Positions 36,529 to 46,592 of a stretch of 64,000 nucleotides of DNA are shown piece after piece; within the stretch, counting starts at the first letter, position 1, and each line of letters begins with the position of its first letter. Source of the stretch: Frankiaceae bacterium (GTDB taxonomy: Bacteria; Actinomycetota; Actinomycetes; Mycobacteriales; SCTD01); assembly GCA_016650445.1 (NCBI GenBank), contig JAENVS010000002.1, positions 10,980 through 74,979 of the forward strand. Reading direction: 5' to 3'. The notes under the pieces were generated by a model that was given only the letters and a program-made list of their open reading frames with translations, was not told the DNA's origin and did not search any database. The translations under genes were made by a program, and so were the position numbers.

Positions 36529-36642
36529 GCCCCGATCCTATGTCGGACGGGTGCCCACCGCGATGCGCCGGGGCGCCACAGTCGTACTTCGCCCGGAGCC
36601 CGCTCCGGGATGGCACGCTTCGGGCCGAGGACGGGAGGTGGC

Positions 36643-38556
36643 ATGGACGCCAGCCGGCGGCAGGTCTTGAAGGGCATCGCGCGGGGGACTGCCGCAGCGG
36701 CGGCGTACGGCGGTCTCCGGGCCTTCCCGGCTCGGGCGGCCCTCGCGGCTCCCGCGGTCGCGCGACCGGAGGGCACGACGCTCGACAGCACCGTCGTGCG
36801 CGGAGCGAAGATCAACGCCCAGGGCTATCTCCGGCTCGCGTCAGGGGCCGGTGAGCCGTTCCGGGTGCGGGACGAGCTCGGGACAAAGGCGAAGTCAGGT
36901 CGGGAGGCCCGGCGGCGCGAAGTCCTGTCGTTCGCCCAGCTGACGGACATCCACGTCGTCGACGCCCAGTCGCCGGCTCGGGTGGAGTACCTCGACCGCT
37001 ACAACGACGGGCCGGGCGCGCCGCTGATCTTCGGGGCTGCCTACCGCGCCCACGAGTTCCTCACCACGCAGGTCGCCGACTCGATCGTGGCCGCCGTGGC
37101 GCAGGTCGGCGTCGGTCCGGCCGCGGGCCGGCCGCTGACGTTCGCCATCTGCACGGGCGACAACAACGACAACTGCCAGGGCAACGAGCTGCAGTGGCAG
37201 ATCGCCGTCCTCAACGGCACCCCACTGACGCCGACGTCGGGCGATCCGAAGACGTTCGAGGGCGTCGCGGACCAGAACGCCGACACGTACGACGAGCACT
37301 ACTGGCACCCGGACGGCACACCGGTCGGGAAGACCGACGACAACCCGCGTCGGGTGTTCGGCTTCCCAGTCGTGAAGGGGCTGCTCGACGCGGCGACCCG
37401 CCCCTTCACGCCGCAGGGGATCGGGATGCCTTGGTACACCTGCTACGGCAACCACGACGGGCTCGTGCAGGGCAACTTCCCGCAGTCGTTCCAGCTGAGC
37501 AACGCCGCCACCGGGCCGCTGAAGGTGTTCACGCTCCCCGCTGGTGTCTCGCCCGACGAGCTCCAGCGAGGCGACCCGGCCGCGGGCGCGGCTGTCGCGG
37601 TGGCGCCTGCGCGCGTGGTCACGGCTGACGCGAGCCGCAAGGTCGTCACGCGCACCGAGACGGTCAAGCAGCACTTCACCAGCGGCGGTGTGCCGCTCGG
37701 CCACGGCTACACCTCGAAGAACGTGACGGACGGTACGGCGTACTACACGTTCGACCCGGATCCGCAGGTGCGCGCCATCGTCCTCGACACGGTCAACCCG
37801 AACGGCGAGTCCGGCGGCTCGCTCGACCAGGCGCAGTTCGCGTGGCTGAGGACACAGCTCGAGGCGGTCAGCGGGGCCGGCAAGAACAAGCTGGTCATCG
37901 TCTTCAGCCACCACCCGCCGAGCTCGATGGACAACCGGATCGTCTTCGCCGACAGCCCGGGGCAGCGGGTGCTCGGGCCCGAGGTAGTAGCTCTGCTGCT
38001 GCAGTTCCCCAACGTCGTCCTGTGGGTCAACGGGCACACCCACCAGAACCGCGTGACGCCGTACAAGGCCACCGGTGAGGGCGGCTTCTGGGAGGTCAAC
38101 ACGGCGGCGCACGTCGACTGGCCCTGCCAGGCGCGGCTGCTCGAGCTCGTCGACAACCGCGACGGAACGCTCTCCATCTTCGCCACCGTTGTCGACGCTG
38201 CAGCGCCGCTGTCGTACGGCGGTCGCCTCGACAGCCCGACGTCGCTCGCGTCGCTCGGCCGCGAGCTCGCGGCCAACGACTGGCAGGAGCAGTCGGACGC
38301 CCGGCGCGGAAAGGTCGAGGACCGCAACGTCGAGCTGCTCGTCAAGGCGCCGTTCGCCCTGGGCGTCGCAGCTCCTGTCGAGCGCCCGCCGACAGCCGTG
38401 CCGCCGACGGCGCCCGGCGAGCTGCCGGCAACCGGCACGGACGTCGCCGTGCCGATCGCGGCTGCGGCTGCCGTTGCGGCCGGCCTGGCCCTGCGCTGGT
38501 CGCACCGGGTCGACGACGTCGCCGCGACCGCTCGCACGGAGCCTGCGCCGGAGTGA
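36643..38556 (+). CDS. Tat-exported metallophosphoesterase (TIGR03767-like) with LPATG anchor
   Basis: SRRQVLK; TDIH, TGDN, GNHD, FSHH, NGHTH; LPATG + TM. Confidence 0.85.
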   Translation: MDASRRQVLKGIARGTAAAAAYGGLRAFPARAALAAPAVARPEGTTLDSTVVRGAKINAQGYLRLASGAGEPFRVRDELGTKAKSGREARRREVLSFAQLTDIHVVDAQSPARVEYLDRYNDGPGAPLIFGAAYRAHEFLTTQVADSIVAAVAQVGVGPAAGRPLTFAICTGDNNDNCQGNELQWQIAVLNGTPLTPTSGDPKTFEGVADQNADTYDEHYWHPDGTPVGKTDDNPRRVFGFPVVKGLLDAATRPFTPQGIGMPWYTCYGNHDGLVQGNFPQSFQLSNAATGPLKVFTLPAGVSPDELQRGDPAAGAAVAVAPARVVTADASRKVVTRTETVKQHFTSGGVPLGHGYTSKNVTDGTAYYTFDPDPQVRAIVLDTVNPNGESGGSLDQAQFAWLRTQLEAVSGAGKNKLVIVFSHHPPSSMDNRIVFADSPGQRVLGPEVVALLLQFPNVVLWVNGHTHQNRVTPYKATGEGGFWEVNTAAHVDWPCQARLLELVDNRDGTLSIFATVVDAAAPLSYGGRLDSPTSLASLGRELAANDWQEQSDARRGKVEDRNVELLVKAPFALGVAAPVERPPTAVPPTAPGELPATGTDVAVPIAAAAAVAAGLALRWSHRVDDVAATARTEPAPE

Positions 38557-38996
38557 CGGCCGCGCACCCGGACCTCCCTGTGGTGCCGGGAACCCACACC
38601 GTCGACCCGGATCTGCCGCCCGATCCGGTGCCGCTCCTCCCGCTGCTCCTCGTCGTCGCGGTCGGCGGGGTCCTCGGATCGCTGGCGCGCTACGGCATCG
38701 GGGTGGCGATGCCGCACGGCCGGGCCGATCTGCCGCTGGCCACGTTGCTGGTCAACGTCCTCGGCTGCCTGCTGCTCGGCGTTCTCGTCGCGGCGCGCCC
38801 GCACGCGATGTGGATGCGGCCGTTCCTCGGCACGGGTGTGCTCGGCGGGTTCACCACCTTCTCGGCGTTCGCGCTCGAGACCGACCGGCTGCTCGAGCGC
38901 GCACCCGTCGTCGCCGTCGTCTACGTCGCCCTGTCGCTCGCTGTCGGTCTGTCCGCGGCCGGCGTCGGGCTGCGTCTGGGGGTGCGGCTGCGATGA
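38553..38996 (+). CDS. crcB: Fluoride channel Fluc/CrcB (1)
   Basis: GGVLGSLARY, TLLVNVLG, GVLGGFTTFSAF. Confidence 0.92.
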   Translation: MTAAHPDLPVVPGTHTVDPDLPPDPVPLLPLLLVVAVGGVLGSLARYGIGVAMPHGRADLPLATLLVNVLGCLLLGVLVAARPHAMWMRPFLGTGVLGGFTTFSAFALETDRLLERAPVVAVVYVALSLAVGLSAAGVGLRLGVRLR

Positions 38997-39307
38997 CCGC
39001 GCTGCTGGTCGCCCTCGGTGCCGGACTGGGCGCGCCCGCGCGGCTCGTCGTCTCGCGCGTCGTTGCCGACGAGCGAGGGACGCTGGTCGTCAACGTGCTG
39101 GGCAGCCTGCTGATCGGTCTGTTCGCAGGGCTCTCTCACTCGGCGTACGCGCTCCTGGGTGTCGGCTTCTGCGGCGCCTTCACGACGTACTCGACCTTCG
39201 CGGTCGAGGCCGTGACCCTGCGGGCTCGATCGGACGTGCGCTTCGTCGCGATGAGCGTGCTGCTGTGCTGCCTTGCCTGCGCTCTCGGCCTGGCTGTCAC
39301 CGGCTGA
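38993..39307 (+). CDS. crcB: Fluoride channel Fluc/CrcB (2)
   Basis: GAGLGAPAR, GTLVVNVLGS, GFCGAFTTYSTF. Confidence 0.9.
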   Translation: MTALLVALGAGLGAPARLVVSRVVADERGTLVVNVLGSLLIGLFAGLSHSAYALLGVGFCGAFTTYSTFAVEAVTLRARSDVRFVAMSVLLCCLACALGLAVTG

Positions 39308-39343
39308 GCTCGATCTGTCGTACGCCGCTGGGAGGGTCGCGGC

Positions 39344-39790
39344 ATGAGCTCATGGCAGCAGTTCGAAGCTGATGCGCCCGACCTGGCGCGACGGGTTCGT
39401 GAGCGGTTCGCAGCGCGCAAGCACTGCACGATGGCGACGCTGCGCCGCGACGGCTCGCCGCGCATCAGCGGCACCGAAGTCGAGATCACCGACGGCGAGC
39501 TGCGGATCGGGAGCATGCCTGGCGCGGTGAAGGCGAAGGACCTGCTGCGCGACCCGCGCTTGGCCATTCACTCTGCGACCGTCGACCCACCTGACGGGAA
39601 TCCTGCGGCGTGGGACGGCGAGGCGAAGGTCGCAGGGACAGCCGTCGTGCGCCCGTCCTTAGACGACTCGCATGCGTTCGCCGTCGACGTGACGGAGGTC
39701 GTCCTGACCCACCTCGATGACGCCGGCACCCAGCTCGTCATCACGTCCTGGCACCCCGACCGCGGCGTCCGCGAAATCCGCCACAGCTAG
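39344..39790 (+). CDS. Pyridoxamine 5'-phosphate oxidase-like protein
   Basis: MATLRRDGSPRISG, KAKDLLRDPRLAIHS. Confidence 0.85.
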   Translation: MSSWQQFEADAPDLARRVRERFAARKHCTMATLRRDGSPRISGTEVEITDGELRIGSMPGAVKAKDLLRDPRLAIHSATVDPPDGNPAAWDGEAKVAGTAVVRPSLDDSHAFAVDVTEVVLTHLDDAGTQLVITSWHPDRGVREIRHS

Positions 39791-39857
39791 GCGGTTGGTT
39801 GCCGGAGCCGCAAGAGCTGCAGGATCGTCGGCACGTCGTCGGGGGTGGCCGAGCGGA

Positions 39858-40412
39858 TCACGTGTTCCACCGCACGACGACGGGCAGCTCGTGCTCGCTG
39901 CCGAGAACGCTGATCGCGCCAGCCGACAGGGCGAACAGCCGGCCGTCCGCAGCCGGCAGGCCGAGCCACACGGCGGCCAGGATGCGCAGCGCGTGCCCGT
40001 GCCCGACGAGACAGACGTCACCCGCCGCGAGCGCCGGCGCGACGAGCTCGAGCAGCCGTTCGGCCCGCCGCCCCACGTCGTCGGGCGTCTCGGGCAGGTC
40101 GCGGTCGGTCCAGATGCTCCAACCGCCCTGCTCCCGGTTCAGGTCGGCCGTCGTGCGCCCCTCGGCGTGCCCGTAGTCCCACTCGAGCAGGTCGTCGTTC
40201 TCCATGGCGGCCAACCCGGCCAGCTCGGCCGTCTTGCTGGCGCGTACGAGCGGGGACGTCAGGACGAGAGTCCACGGTCGGTCGAGGCGTGGCCGCAGGC
40301 TACGGGCCTGCTTCTCGCCGTGAGGTGTCAGCGGGACGTCGGTGCGGCCGGTGTGCTGGCCCGTCCTCGACCAGTGCGTCTCGCCGTGCCTGACCAACCA
40401 CAGCTCGCCCAT
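39858..40412 (-). CDS. Histidine phosphatase family protein
   Basis: LVRHGET, TSPLVRA, EWDYG, VGHGH. Confidence 0.92.
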   Translation of the reverse strand: MGELWLVRHGETHWSRTGQHTGRTDVPLTPHGEKQARSLRPRLDRPWTLVLTSPLVRASKTAELAGLAAMENDDLLEWDYGHAEGRTTADLNREQGGWSIWTDRDLPETPDDVGRRAERLLELVAPALAAGDVCLVGHGHALRILAAVWLGLPAADGRLFALSAGAISVLGSEHELPVVVRWNT

Positions 40413-40422
40413 GAGGAAAGCG

Positions 40423-40836
40423 TCAGGCCTTCTTCGTCTCCCAGAAGATCCGGTCGATCTCCTTGATGTTGTCCAGCAGCTTCTGGCCGTCGGCGGGGTC
40501 CATCGACTGCTTTGCCCCGGTGCCGCTGGCCTGCTTGATGGTGTCGTTGAACAGGTTGTGCAGCTCGGGGTACTTCTCGAAGTGCGGGGGCTTGAAGTAG
40601 TCGTGCCACAACACGGCGAGGTGGTGCTTCACGAGCTCGGACCGCTGCTCCTTGATGAGCACGGCGCGCTGTCGGAAGACCGCGTCCTCGTTGCCCTGGT
40701 ACTTCTCCTGGATCGCCTTCACCGACTCCGCCTCGATGCGGGCCTGCGCCGGGTCGTAGACGCCGCAGGGCAGGTCGCAGTGCGCGGAGACGATGGTCTG
40801 GGGTCCAAGGTCTTTGATCCAGCTAAGGGCACGCAT
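40423..40836 (-). CDS. sodN: Nickel superoxide dismutase
   Basis: Nickel hook HCDLPCGVYDP after a leader peptide. Confidence 0.97.
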   Translation of the reverse strand: MRALSWIKDLGPQTIVSAHCDLPCGVYDPAQARIEAESVKAIQEKYQGNEDAVFRQRAVLIKEQRSELVKHHLAVLWHDYFKPPHFEKYPELHNLFNDTIKQASGTGAKQSMDPADGQKLLDNIKEIDRIFWETKKA

Positions 40837-40889
40837 GATGTGTTCCTTCCGGTTCGGTTTCTTCCAGCGACCTTAGTGCGAGGTGGGCG

Positions 40890-41180
40890 GTGCGCTTCGC
40901 GTCGGTCCGCGTCAGCGGTCCGTCGATGGTGCCCGCGGTCCGCGACGGCGACTGGCTCGTGGTGCTCCGCGGCGCCCGGATCCGTCCCGGGCAGGTCGTG
41001 GTGGCCTGCTACCGCAGCCGACCGGACCTGCTTGTCGTGAAGCGAACCGTCGCGCCACGGGACGGCGGCTGGCTGCTCTCGTCGGACAACCCGTTCGTCG
41101 AAGGACCGACCGGGGTCGCCGACGTGGAGGCGCGGGTGCTCCTGCGCTACCGACCGCTGCCGCCGCGCAGGGTGTCGTAG
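40890..41180 (+). CDS. sodX: Ni-SOD maturation protease (S26)
   Basis: VSGPSMVP..RDGD, LLVVKR, SDNP; divergent from sodN. Confidence 0.88.
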   Translation: MRFASVRVSGPSMVPAVRDGDWLVVLRGARIRPGQVVVACYRSRPDLLVVKRTVAPRDGGWLLSSDNPFVEGPTGVADVEARVLLRYRPLPPRRVS

Positions 41181-41758
41181 AAGGCGAGACACGCGTCGTA
41201 CGACGGCAGCAGCCCTTGGGCCTCCGCTTCGGCGAGGGTCGGGGCGGCGGCGTCCTTGTCGGACAGGAGCGGTTCGACCCCGTCGGGCAGCGGGAGGTCG
41301 AGGGCCGGGTCCAGCGGGTTGATGCCGCGCTCGCGTTCGGGGGCATACGGCTGCGTGACGAGGTAGTTGAGGTTGACGTCGTCGGTCAGCGCGATGACAG
41401 CGTGACCGAGGCCCTCTGCGACGTACACCGCCCGTCGGTCGACGTCGTCGAGCCGCACCGACTCGACGACCCCGAACGTCGGCGAACCGACCCGGATGTC
41501 GACGATGATGTCGAGCGCCGCGCCACGCGTGACGTAGACGTACTTCGCCTGGCTCGGTGGCACGTCGGCGTAGTGGATGCCGCGCAGGGTGCCCAGGCTG
41601 CTCGTCGAGTGGTTGACCTGACGCAGCACGAACGGGTGACCGATCGCCTCCTCGACGACGGCGCCCTTGAACCACTCGAGGAAAACCCCACGCGGGTCGG
41701 GGAACTGGCGCGGTGTGAAGACCCAGGACCCCGCGATCTTCAGCTCGGCGACGTCCAC
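41147..41758 (-). CDS. rmlC: dTDP-4-dehydrorhamnose 3,5-epimerase
   Basis: DPRGVF, GTLRGIH, QAKYV, DIRVGSPTFG, GLGH, LSDKD. Confidence 0.9.
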   Translation of the reverse strand: MDVAELKIAGSWVFTPRQFPDPRGVFLEWFKGAVVEEAIGHPFVLRQVNHSTSSLGTLRGIHYADVPPSQAKYVYVTRGAALDIIVDIRVGSPTFGVVESVRLDDVDRRAVYVAEGLGHAVIALTDDVNLNYLVTQPYAPERERGINPLDPALDLPLPDGVEPLLSDKDAAAPTLAEAEAQGLLPSYDACLAFYDTLRGGSGR

Positions 41759-41759
41759 G

Positions 41760-42524
41760 TCACAGCACCTTTCCCAGGAACGCCTTCGTGCGCTCCTCTT
41801 GCGGGTTGTTGATGACCGACTTCGGATCGCCCTGCTCGACGACCACGCCGCCGTCCATGAACACGACGGTGTCGCCCACTTCGCGCGCAAAGCCCATCTC
41901 ATGGGTGACCACGACCATGGTCATGCCGTCCTCGGCGAGCCCGCGCATGACGTCGAGGACGTCGCCGACGAGCTCGGGATCGAGGGCGCTGGTCGGCTCG
42001 TCGAACAGCATCAGCTTCGGCTGCATCGCCAGCGCGCGTGCGATCGCGACCCGCTGCTGCTGCCCACCGGACAGCTGGGCGGGGTAGGCGTCCACCTTGT
42101 CGGCGAGACCTACCCGGTCGAGCAGGGCGCGCGCTCTGTCTGCGGCCGCCGACTTCGACTCGCCCTTCACCCTGATCGGCGCCTCGACCACGTTGCCCAG
42201 CGCCGTCATGTGCGGGAACAGGTTGAAGCGCTGGAAGACCATGCCGATCTCCGAGCGGGCCTGCGCCGTCTCGCGCTCCTTGAGCTCGTAGAGCTTGTCC
42301 CCCTGCTGCCGGTATCCGACGAGCTTGCCGTCCACCGACAGCCGGCCGGCGTCGACCTTCTCCAGGTGGTTGATGCACCGCAGGAAGGTCGACTTGCCCG
42401 ACCCCGACGGCCCGAGCAGGCAGCACACCTCGCCGCGCCGCACCTCGAGGTCGATGCCCTTGAGCACCTCGACCCGACCGAAGGACTTGTGGACGTTCTC
42501 CGCGAGCACCATGAGCCCACTCAT
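41760..42524 (-). CDS. Polar amino acid ABC transporter ATPase
   Basis: [44 protein letters not shown]. Confidence 0.95.
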   Translation of the reverse strand: MSGLMVLAENVHKSFGRVEVLKGIDLEVRRGEVCCLLGPSGSGKSTFLRCINHLEKVDAGRLSVDGKLVGYRQQGDKLYELKERETAQARSEIGMVFQRFNLFPHMTALGNVVEAPIRVKGESKSAAADRARALLDRVGLADKVDAYPAQLSGGQQQRVAIARALAMQPKLMLFDEPTSALDPELVGDVLDVMRGLAEDGMTMVVVTHEMGFAREVGDTVVFMDGGVVVEQGDPKSVINNPQEERTKAFLGKVL

Positions 42525-43390
42525 ATGCGTGGCCCTCCGCGCAGGTTGGCCAGCACTCTCGACAGGGGTGTCGCGGGTAGGTCGCGCAGCGCTCCCCGGG
42601 CGAACCGGCGCTCCAGGTAGTACTGGCCGATGCTGAACACGCTCGTGAGCACGAGGTACCAGAGCGAGACGGTGAACAGCAGCTCGATGACCTGCAGGTT
42701 GCGCGTGTAGACCGACACGGCCGACAGCAGCAGCTCGCCGTACTGGATGGTGTAGGCCAGCGAGGACGTCTTGAGCATGTTGATGAACTCGTTGCCCGTC
42801 GGCGGGATGATGACCCGCATCGCCTGCGGAAGGACGACCCGGCGAAGGGTCTGCCCCTGGGTCATCCCGAGCGCCTGAGATGCCTCCGTCTGCCCTTCGT
42901 CGACCGAGGCGATGCCGGCCCGGACGATCTCGGCCATGTACGCGCCCTCGTTGATGCCCAGGCCGAGAAGCGCAGCGACGAAAGGCGTCATGAGATCGCT
43001 GGTCGGGTGGCCGAACATCGTCGGGAAGACGAGCGCGAGGTTGTACCAGATGAGCAGCTGCACGAGCACCGGAGTGCCGCGGAACAGCCAGATGTAGCAC
43101 CAGGAGACCGTGCTCGTCACGGGGTTCTTCGACAGGCGCATCACCGCGAACACGACACCGAGCGCGATGCCGATGGCCTGGGCCAGGACGCTGATGAGCA
43201 GCGTCCGGCCGGCACCGCGCACGATGTTGTCTGCCGTGAAGAACTCGCCGGTTGTGCCGTAGTCGATCTCCGCCTGCGAGAAGGCGTAAACGACCGCGGC
43301 CAAGCCGGCGAGGACGGCGACGGCACTGACCCACCGTCCGTAGTGGCGGACCGGTACGGCGACGAGGCGCTCCGGCGCCCCGGCGCTCAT
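42521..43390 (-). CDS. Polar amino acid ABC transporter permease
   Basis: [41 protein letters not shown]. Confidence 0.95.
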   Translation of the reverse strand: MSAGAPERLVAVPVRHYGRWVSAVAVLAGLAAVVYAFSQAEIDYGTTGEFFTADNIVRGAGRTLLISVLAQAIGIALGVVFAVMRLSKNPVTSTVSWCYIWLFRGTPVLVQLLIWYNLALVFPTMFGHPTSDLMTPFVAALLGLGINEGAYMAEIVRAGIASVDEGQTEASQALGMTQGQTLRRVVLPQAMRVIIPPTGNEFINMLKTSSLAYTIQYGELLLSAVSVYTRNLQVIELLFTVSLWYLVLTSVFSIGQYYLERRFARGALRDLPATPLSRVLANLRGGPRI

Positions 43391-43403
43391 CTGGACGCGC
43401 TCC

Positions 43404-44306
43404 CTATCCGCCGTTGACGGTGGCGCTGGTCACTGCGCCTGCCTTCACGTTCCACTTCTCCAGGATCTTGGCGTACTCACCGTTGTCGATGATCGCCTGG
43501 AGGGCCTTCTGCAGCGCATCGCGGATCGCCGTGTCCTCCTTGCGGACGCCGATGCCGTACGGTCCCGCCTCGATCTGCTCGCCGACGACCTCGAAGTCGT
43601 TGCCGCCGCCAGAGGTCTGGGCGTTGTACGCCGCGACCGGGAAGTCGTTCATGTCGGCCACCGCGCGCCCCTGCTTCACCTGCAGCAGCGCCTCGGTGTC
43701 GCGGTCGAACTTGAGGACCTTCAGCTCCTTACCCGCCGTCTTGCACGTGGCCTGCTGAGCTGTGGCCACGTCGTCCTGGGTCGTTCCCCGCTGCAGCGCG
43801 ATCGTCTTGCCGCAGAAGTCGTCGAGGCTCGCGATCTTCTCCGGATTGCCCTTCTTCACGAGGATGGACGTGCCGGCGGTGAAGTAGTCGACGAAGTCGA
43901 TCTGCTGCTGCCGCTCCTTCGTGTCGCTCATCGACGACATGATCAGGTCGATCCGCTTGGACCGCAGCTGGGTGATGAGCCCGTCGAACGTGCCGTTCTG
44001 GAACGTCAGCTTGACGCCGAGCTGGTCTCCGATCGCCTTGCCGATGTCAGGGTCCACGCCGATGATGGTCTTGCCGTCCTTGTCGAAGAACTCGATCGGC
44101 GCGTAGGCGACGTCGGAGCCGACCTTGAGAACGCCCGCGTCCCGGATGGCCTGCGGCAGGAGCTCTGCCAGGGAGGTGCCGCTCGCCGTGCCGGATGGCT
44201 GGGACAGCGTCGGGTCGTCGCCGTCGGACGAGCCTCCACAGCCGCTCAGGACAAGCGCCGCGGCGGCGGCCAGGGCAGGAAGCAAGCGGGATCCGGTACG
44301 ACGCAC
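43404..44306 (-). CDS. Polar amino acid ABC substrate-binding lipoprotein (SBP_bac_3)
   Basis: Lipobox LSGC; YAPIEF, FDGLI, ER..IDFVDYF, QRGTTQ. Confidence 0.92.
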   Translation of the reverse strand: MRRTGSRLLPALAAAAALVLSGCGGSSDGDDPTLSQPSGTASGTSLAELLPQAIRDAGVLKVGSDVAYAPIEFFDKDGKTIIGVDPDIGKAIGDQLGVKLTFQNGTFDGLITQLRSKRIDLIMSSMSDTKERQQQIDFVDYFTAGTSILVKKGNPEKIASLDDFCGKTIALQRGTTQDDVATAQQATCKTAGKELKVLKFDRDTEALLQVKQGRAVADMNDFPVAAYNAQTSGGGNDFEVVGEQIEAGPYGIGVRKEDTAIRDALQKALQAIIDNGEYAKILEKWNVKAGAVTSATVNGG

Positions 44307-44425
44307 GTGCGCTCCTCTGACAAGGCGCCCCCTGGACGCGAATGCGCACATCTTGGCAGTCCCGGGCCCACGGTGCTCGGCCCGTCCTGGCTGTGCCACG
44401 ATCGAGAGGTGTCGGAAACCGGGTC

Positions 44426-45607
44426 GTGACGTCGTCTGAGGCCGCAGATCGTGCCCGGGACCCGGCGTTCGTCCTGCACCGCGGCGGCAAGATCGAGGTC
44501 CGCTCCACGGTCCCGCTGGAGTCACGTGAGGACCTGTCGCTGGCCTACACGCCCGGCGTCGCACGCGTGTGCACCGCGATCGCGGAGGACCGCACGCTGG
44601 CTTACGACTACACCTGGAAGTCCCACACCGTCGCGGTGGTCACTGACGGCACAGCCGTGCTCGGGCTCGGCGACATCGGCCCCGAGGCCGCGCTGCCGGT
44701 GATGGAGGGCAAGGCCCTGCTCTTCAAGCACTTCGGCGGCATCGACGCCGTACCGATCTGCTTGGACGTCACCGACGTCGACGGGCTGGTCGAGACCGTC
44801 GCCCGGCTCGCGCCCGCCTTCGGAGGCATCAACCTCGAGGACATCAGCGCCCCGCGCTGCTTCGAGGTCGAGCGCCGCCTGCAGGACAGGCTCGACATCC
44901 CGGTCTTCCATGACGACCAGCACGGCACCGCGATCGTGGTGCTGGCGGCACTGAAGAACGCCGCTCGGCTCAGCGGTCGTCCGCTCAGCGACCTGCGCGT
45001 CGTCGTGAGCGGGGCGGGGGCGGCCGGCATCGCGGTCTCGCGGATGGTGATCGAGGCAGGGATCGGGGACCTCGCGGTCGCCGACAGCAAGGGGATCGTC
45101 CACATCGGTCGCCAGGACCTGAACGACGAGAAGCGGCTGTTCGCCGCCATCAGCAACAAGGGCGGACTGACGGGCAGCTTCGACGAGGCGCTCGTCGGGG
45201 CGGACGTCTTCATCGGCCTGTCCGCCGGCACCATCCCAGCCGAGGCGGTGCGCACTATGGCGAAGGACTGCATCATCTTCGCGATGGCCAACCCCGACCC
45301 CGAGATCCACCCCGACGTCGCGCACGCCGTCGGCGCCCGCGTCGTTGCCACGGGTCGGAGCGACTTCCCGAACCAGATCAACAACGTGCTCGCCTTCCCC
45401 GGCGTGTTCAAGGGCGCGCTCGCCGTGCGCGCGTCGCGGATCACCGAACACATGAAGCTGGCCGCCTCCGACGCCCTCGCCGGAGTGGTCGGCGACGAGC
45501 TGTCCGCCGACTGCGTCATCCCGAGTGTGTTCGACCCGCGCGTCGCCCCTGCCGTCGCGGACGCCGTCGCCGCAGCCGCCCGCGAAGACGGTGTCGCCCG
45601 GCTCTAG
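44426..45607 (+). CDS. NAD(P)-dependent malic enzyme
   Basis: AYTPGVA, DGTAVLGLGDIG, NLEDI, FHDDQHGTA, GAGAAG, TGRSDFPNQINN. Confidence 0.95.
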   Translation: MTSSEAADRARDPAFVLHRGGKIEVRSTVPLESREDLSLAYTPGVARVCTAIAEDRTLAYDYTWKSHTVAVVTDGTAVLGLGDIGPEAALPVMEGKALLFKHFGGIDAVPICLDVTDVDGLVETVARLAPAFGGINLEDISAPRCFEVERRLQDRLDIPVFHDDQHGTAIVVLAALKNAARLSGRPLSDLRVVVSGAGAAGIAVSRMVIEAGIGDLAVADSKGIVHIGRQDLNDEKRLFAAISNKGGLTGSFDEALVGADVFIGLSAGTIPAEAVRTMAKDCIIFAMANPDPEIHPDVAHAVGARVVATGRSDFPNQINNVLAFPGVFKGALAVRASRITEHMKLAASDALAGVVGDELSADCVIPSVFDPRVAPAVADAVAAAAREDGVARL

Positions 45608-45617
45608 GGTCATTCGC

Positions 45618-46583
45618 ATGCTCGCCGTCACCTGCGTGTCTCAATCCGCCGACGACCCGCTGAGCGGTCTCGAGGTGGGGGACAGCCCCGATCCCGACGT
45701 GCCCGAGGGCTGGGCCCGGGTGCACGTGAAGGCCGCCGCCCTCAACCACCACGACCTGTGGTCGCTCAAGGGCGTCGGGCTGCCGGCGGACCGCCTGCCG
45801 ATGGTGCTCGGCTGCGATGCCGCGGGGGTGACCGACGACGGGCACGAGGTCGTCGTCCATGCCGTCATCAGCACCCCAGGGTGGACCGGCGACGAGACGC
45901 TCGACCCGCGTCGCACGCTGCTCTCGGAGCTCTACGACGGCGCCCTGGCCGAGACGGTCGTCGTCCCCGCCCGCAACCTGCTGCCCAAGCCGACAGCTCT
46001 GTCGTGGACGGAGGCAGCATGCCTGCCGACCGCGTGGCTGACGGCGTACCGGATGCTCTTCACGCAAAGCGGCCTGCGGCCCGGTGACCGGGTGCTCGTG
46101 CAGGGCGCCGGCGGGGGAGTTGCCACTGCCGCGATCGCGCTGGCCAAGGCCGCGGGCTACGTCGTCTACGCGACCAGCCGCGACGAGGCCAAGCGCGCGA
46201 AGGCGCTCGAGCTCGGTGCGCATGAGGTGTTCGACAGCGGTGCTCGGCTGCCCGAGCGGGTCGACGCCGTGATCGAGACGGTCGGCAAGGCCACCTGGGC
46301 GCACTCGATGAAGTCGCTCCGGCCGGGCGGCACGCTCGTTGTCTCCGGCGCCACCAGCGGACCGGACCCGGGTGCCGACCTCAACCGGCTGTTCTTCCTG
46401 CAGCTGCGTGTGCACGGCTCGACGATGGGCACCCGCGACGAGCTGGTCGCGCTGCTTCGGTTCTGCGAGGCCACCGGCGTGCGCCCGCTCATCGACGAGA
46501 CGCTGCCACTCAGTGACGCACGTCGCGGCTTCGAACGGCTCGCATCGGGCACGGTGTTCGGCAAGATCGTCCTGACGACCTAG
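45618..46583 (+). CDS. Zinc-binding dehydrogenase/quinone oxidoreductase (MDR)
   Basis: LNHHDLW, LGCDAAG, AACLPTAWLTAY, QGAGGGVA, GKIVL. Confidence 0.9.
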   Translation: MLAVTCVSQSADDPLSGLEVGDSPDPDVPEGWARVHVKAAALNHHDLWSLKGVGLPADRLPMVLGCDAAGVTDDGHEVVVHAVISTPGWTGDETLDPRRTLLSELYDGALAETVVVPARNLLPKPTALSWTEAACLPTAWLTAYRMLFTQSGLRPGDRVLVQGAGGGVATAAIALAKAAGYVVYATSRDEAKRAKALELGAHEVFDSGARLPERVDAVIETVGKATWAHSMKSLRPGGTLVVSGATSGPDPGADLNRLFFLQLRVHGSTMGTRDELVALLRFCEATGVRPLIDETLPLSDARRGFERLASGTVFGKIVLTT

Positions 46584-46592
46584 GAGTCCGCC

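Noticed and set aside
36541..36562. TGTCGG as a PafBC promoter
   Set aside because: No TA-N3-T at the 10-nt spacing
41147..41180. 34-bp convergent overlap of sodX and rmlC
   Set aside because: Common in GC-rich genomes; no evidence of regulation
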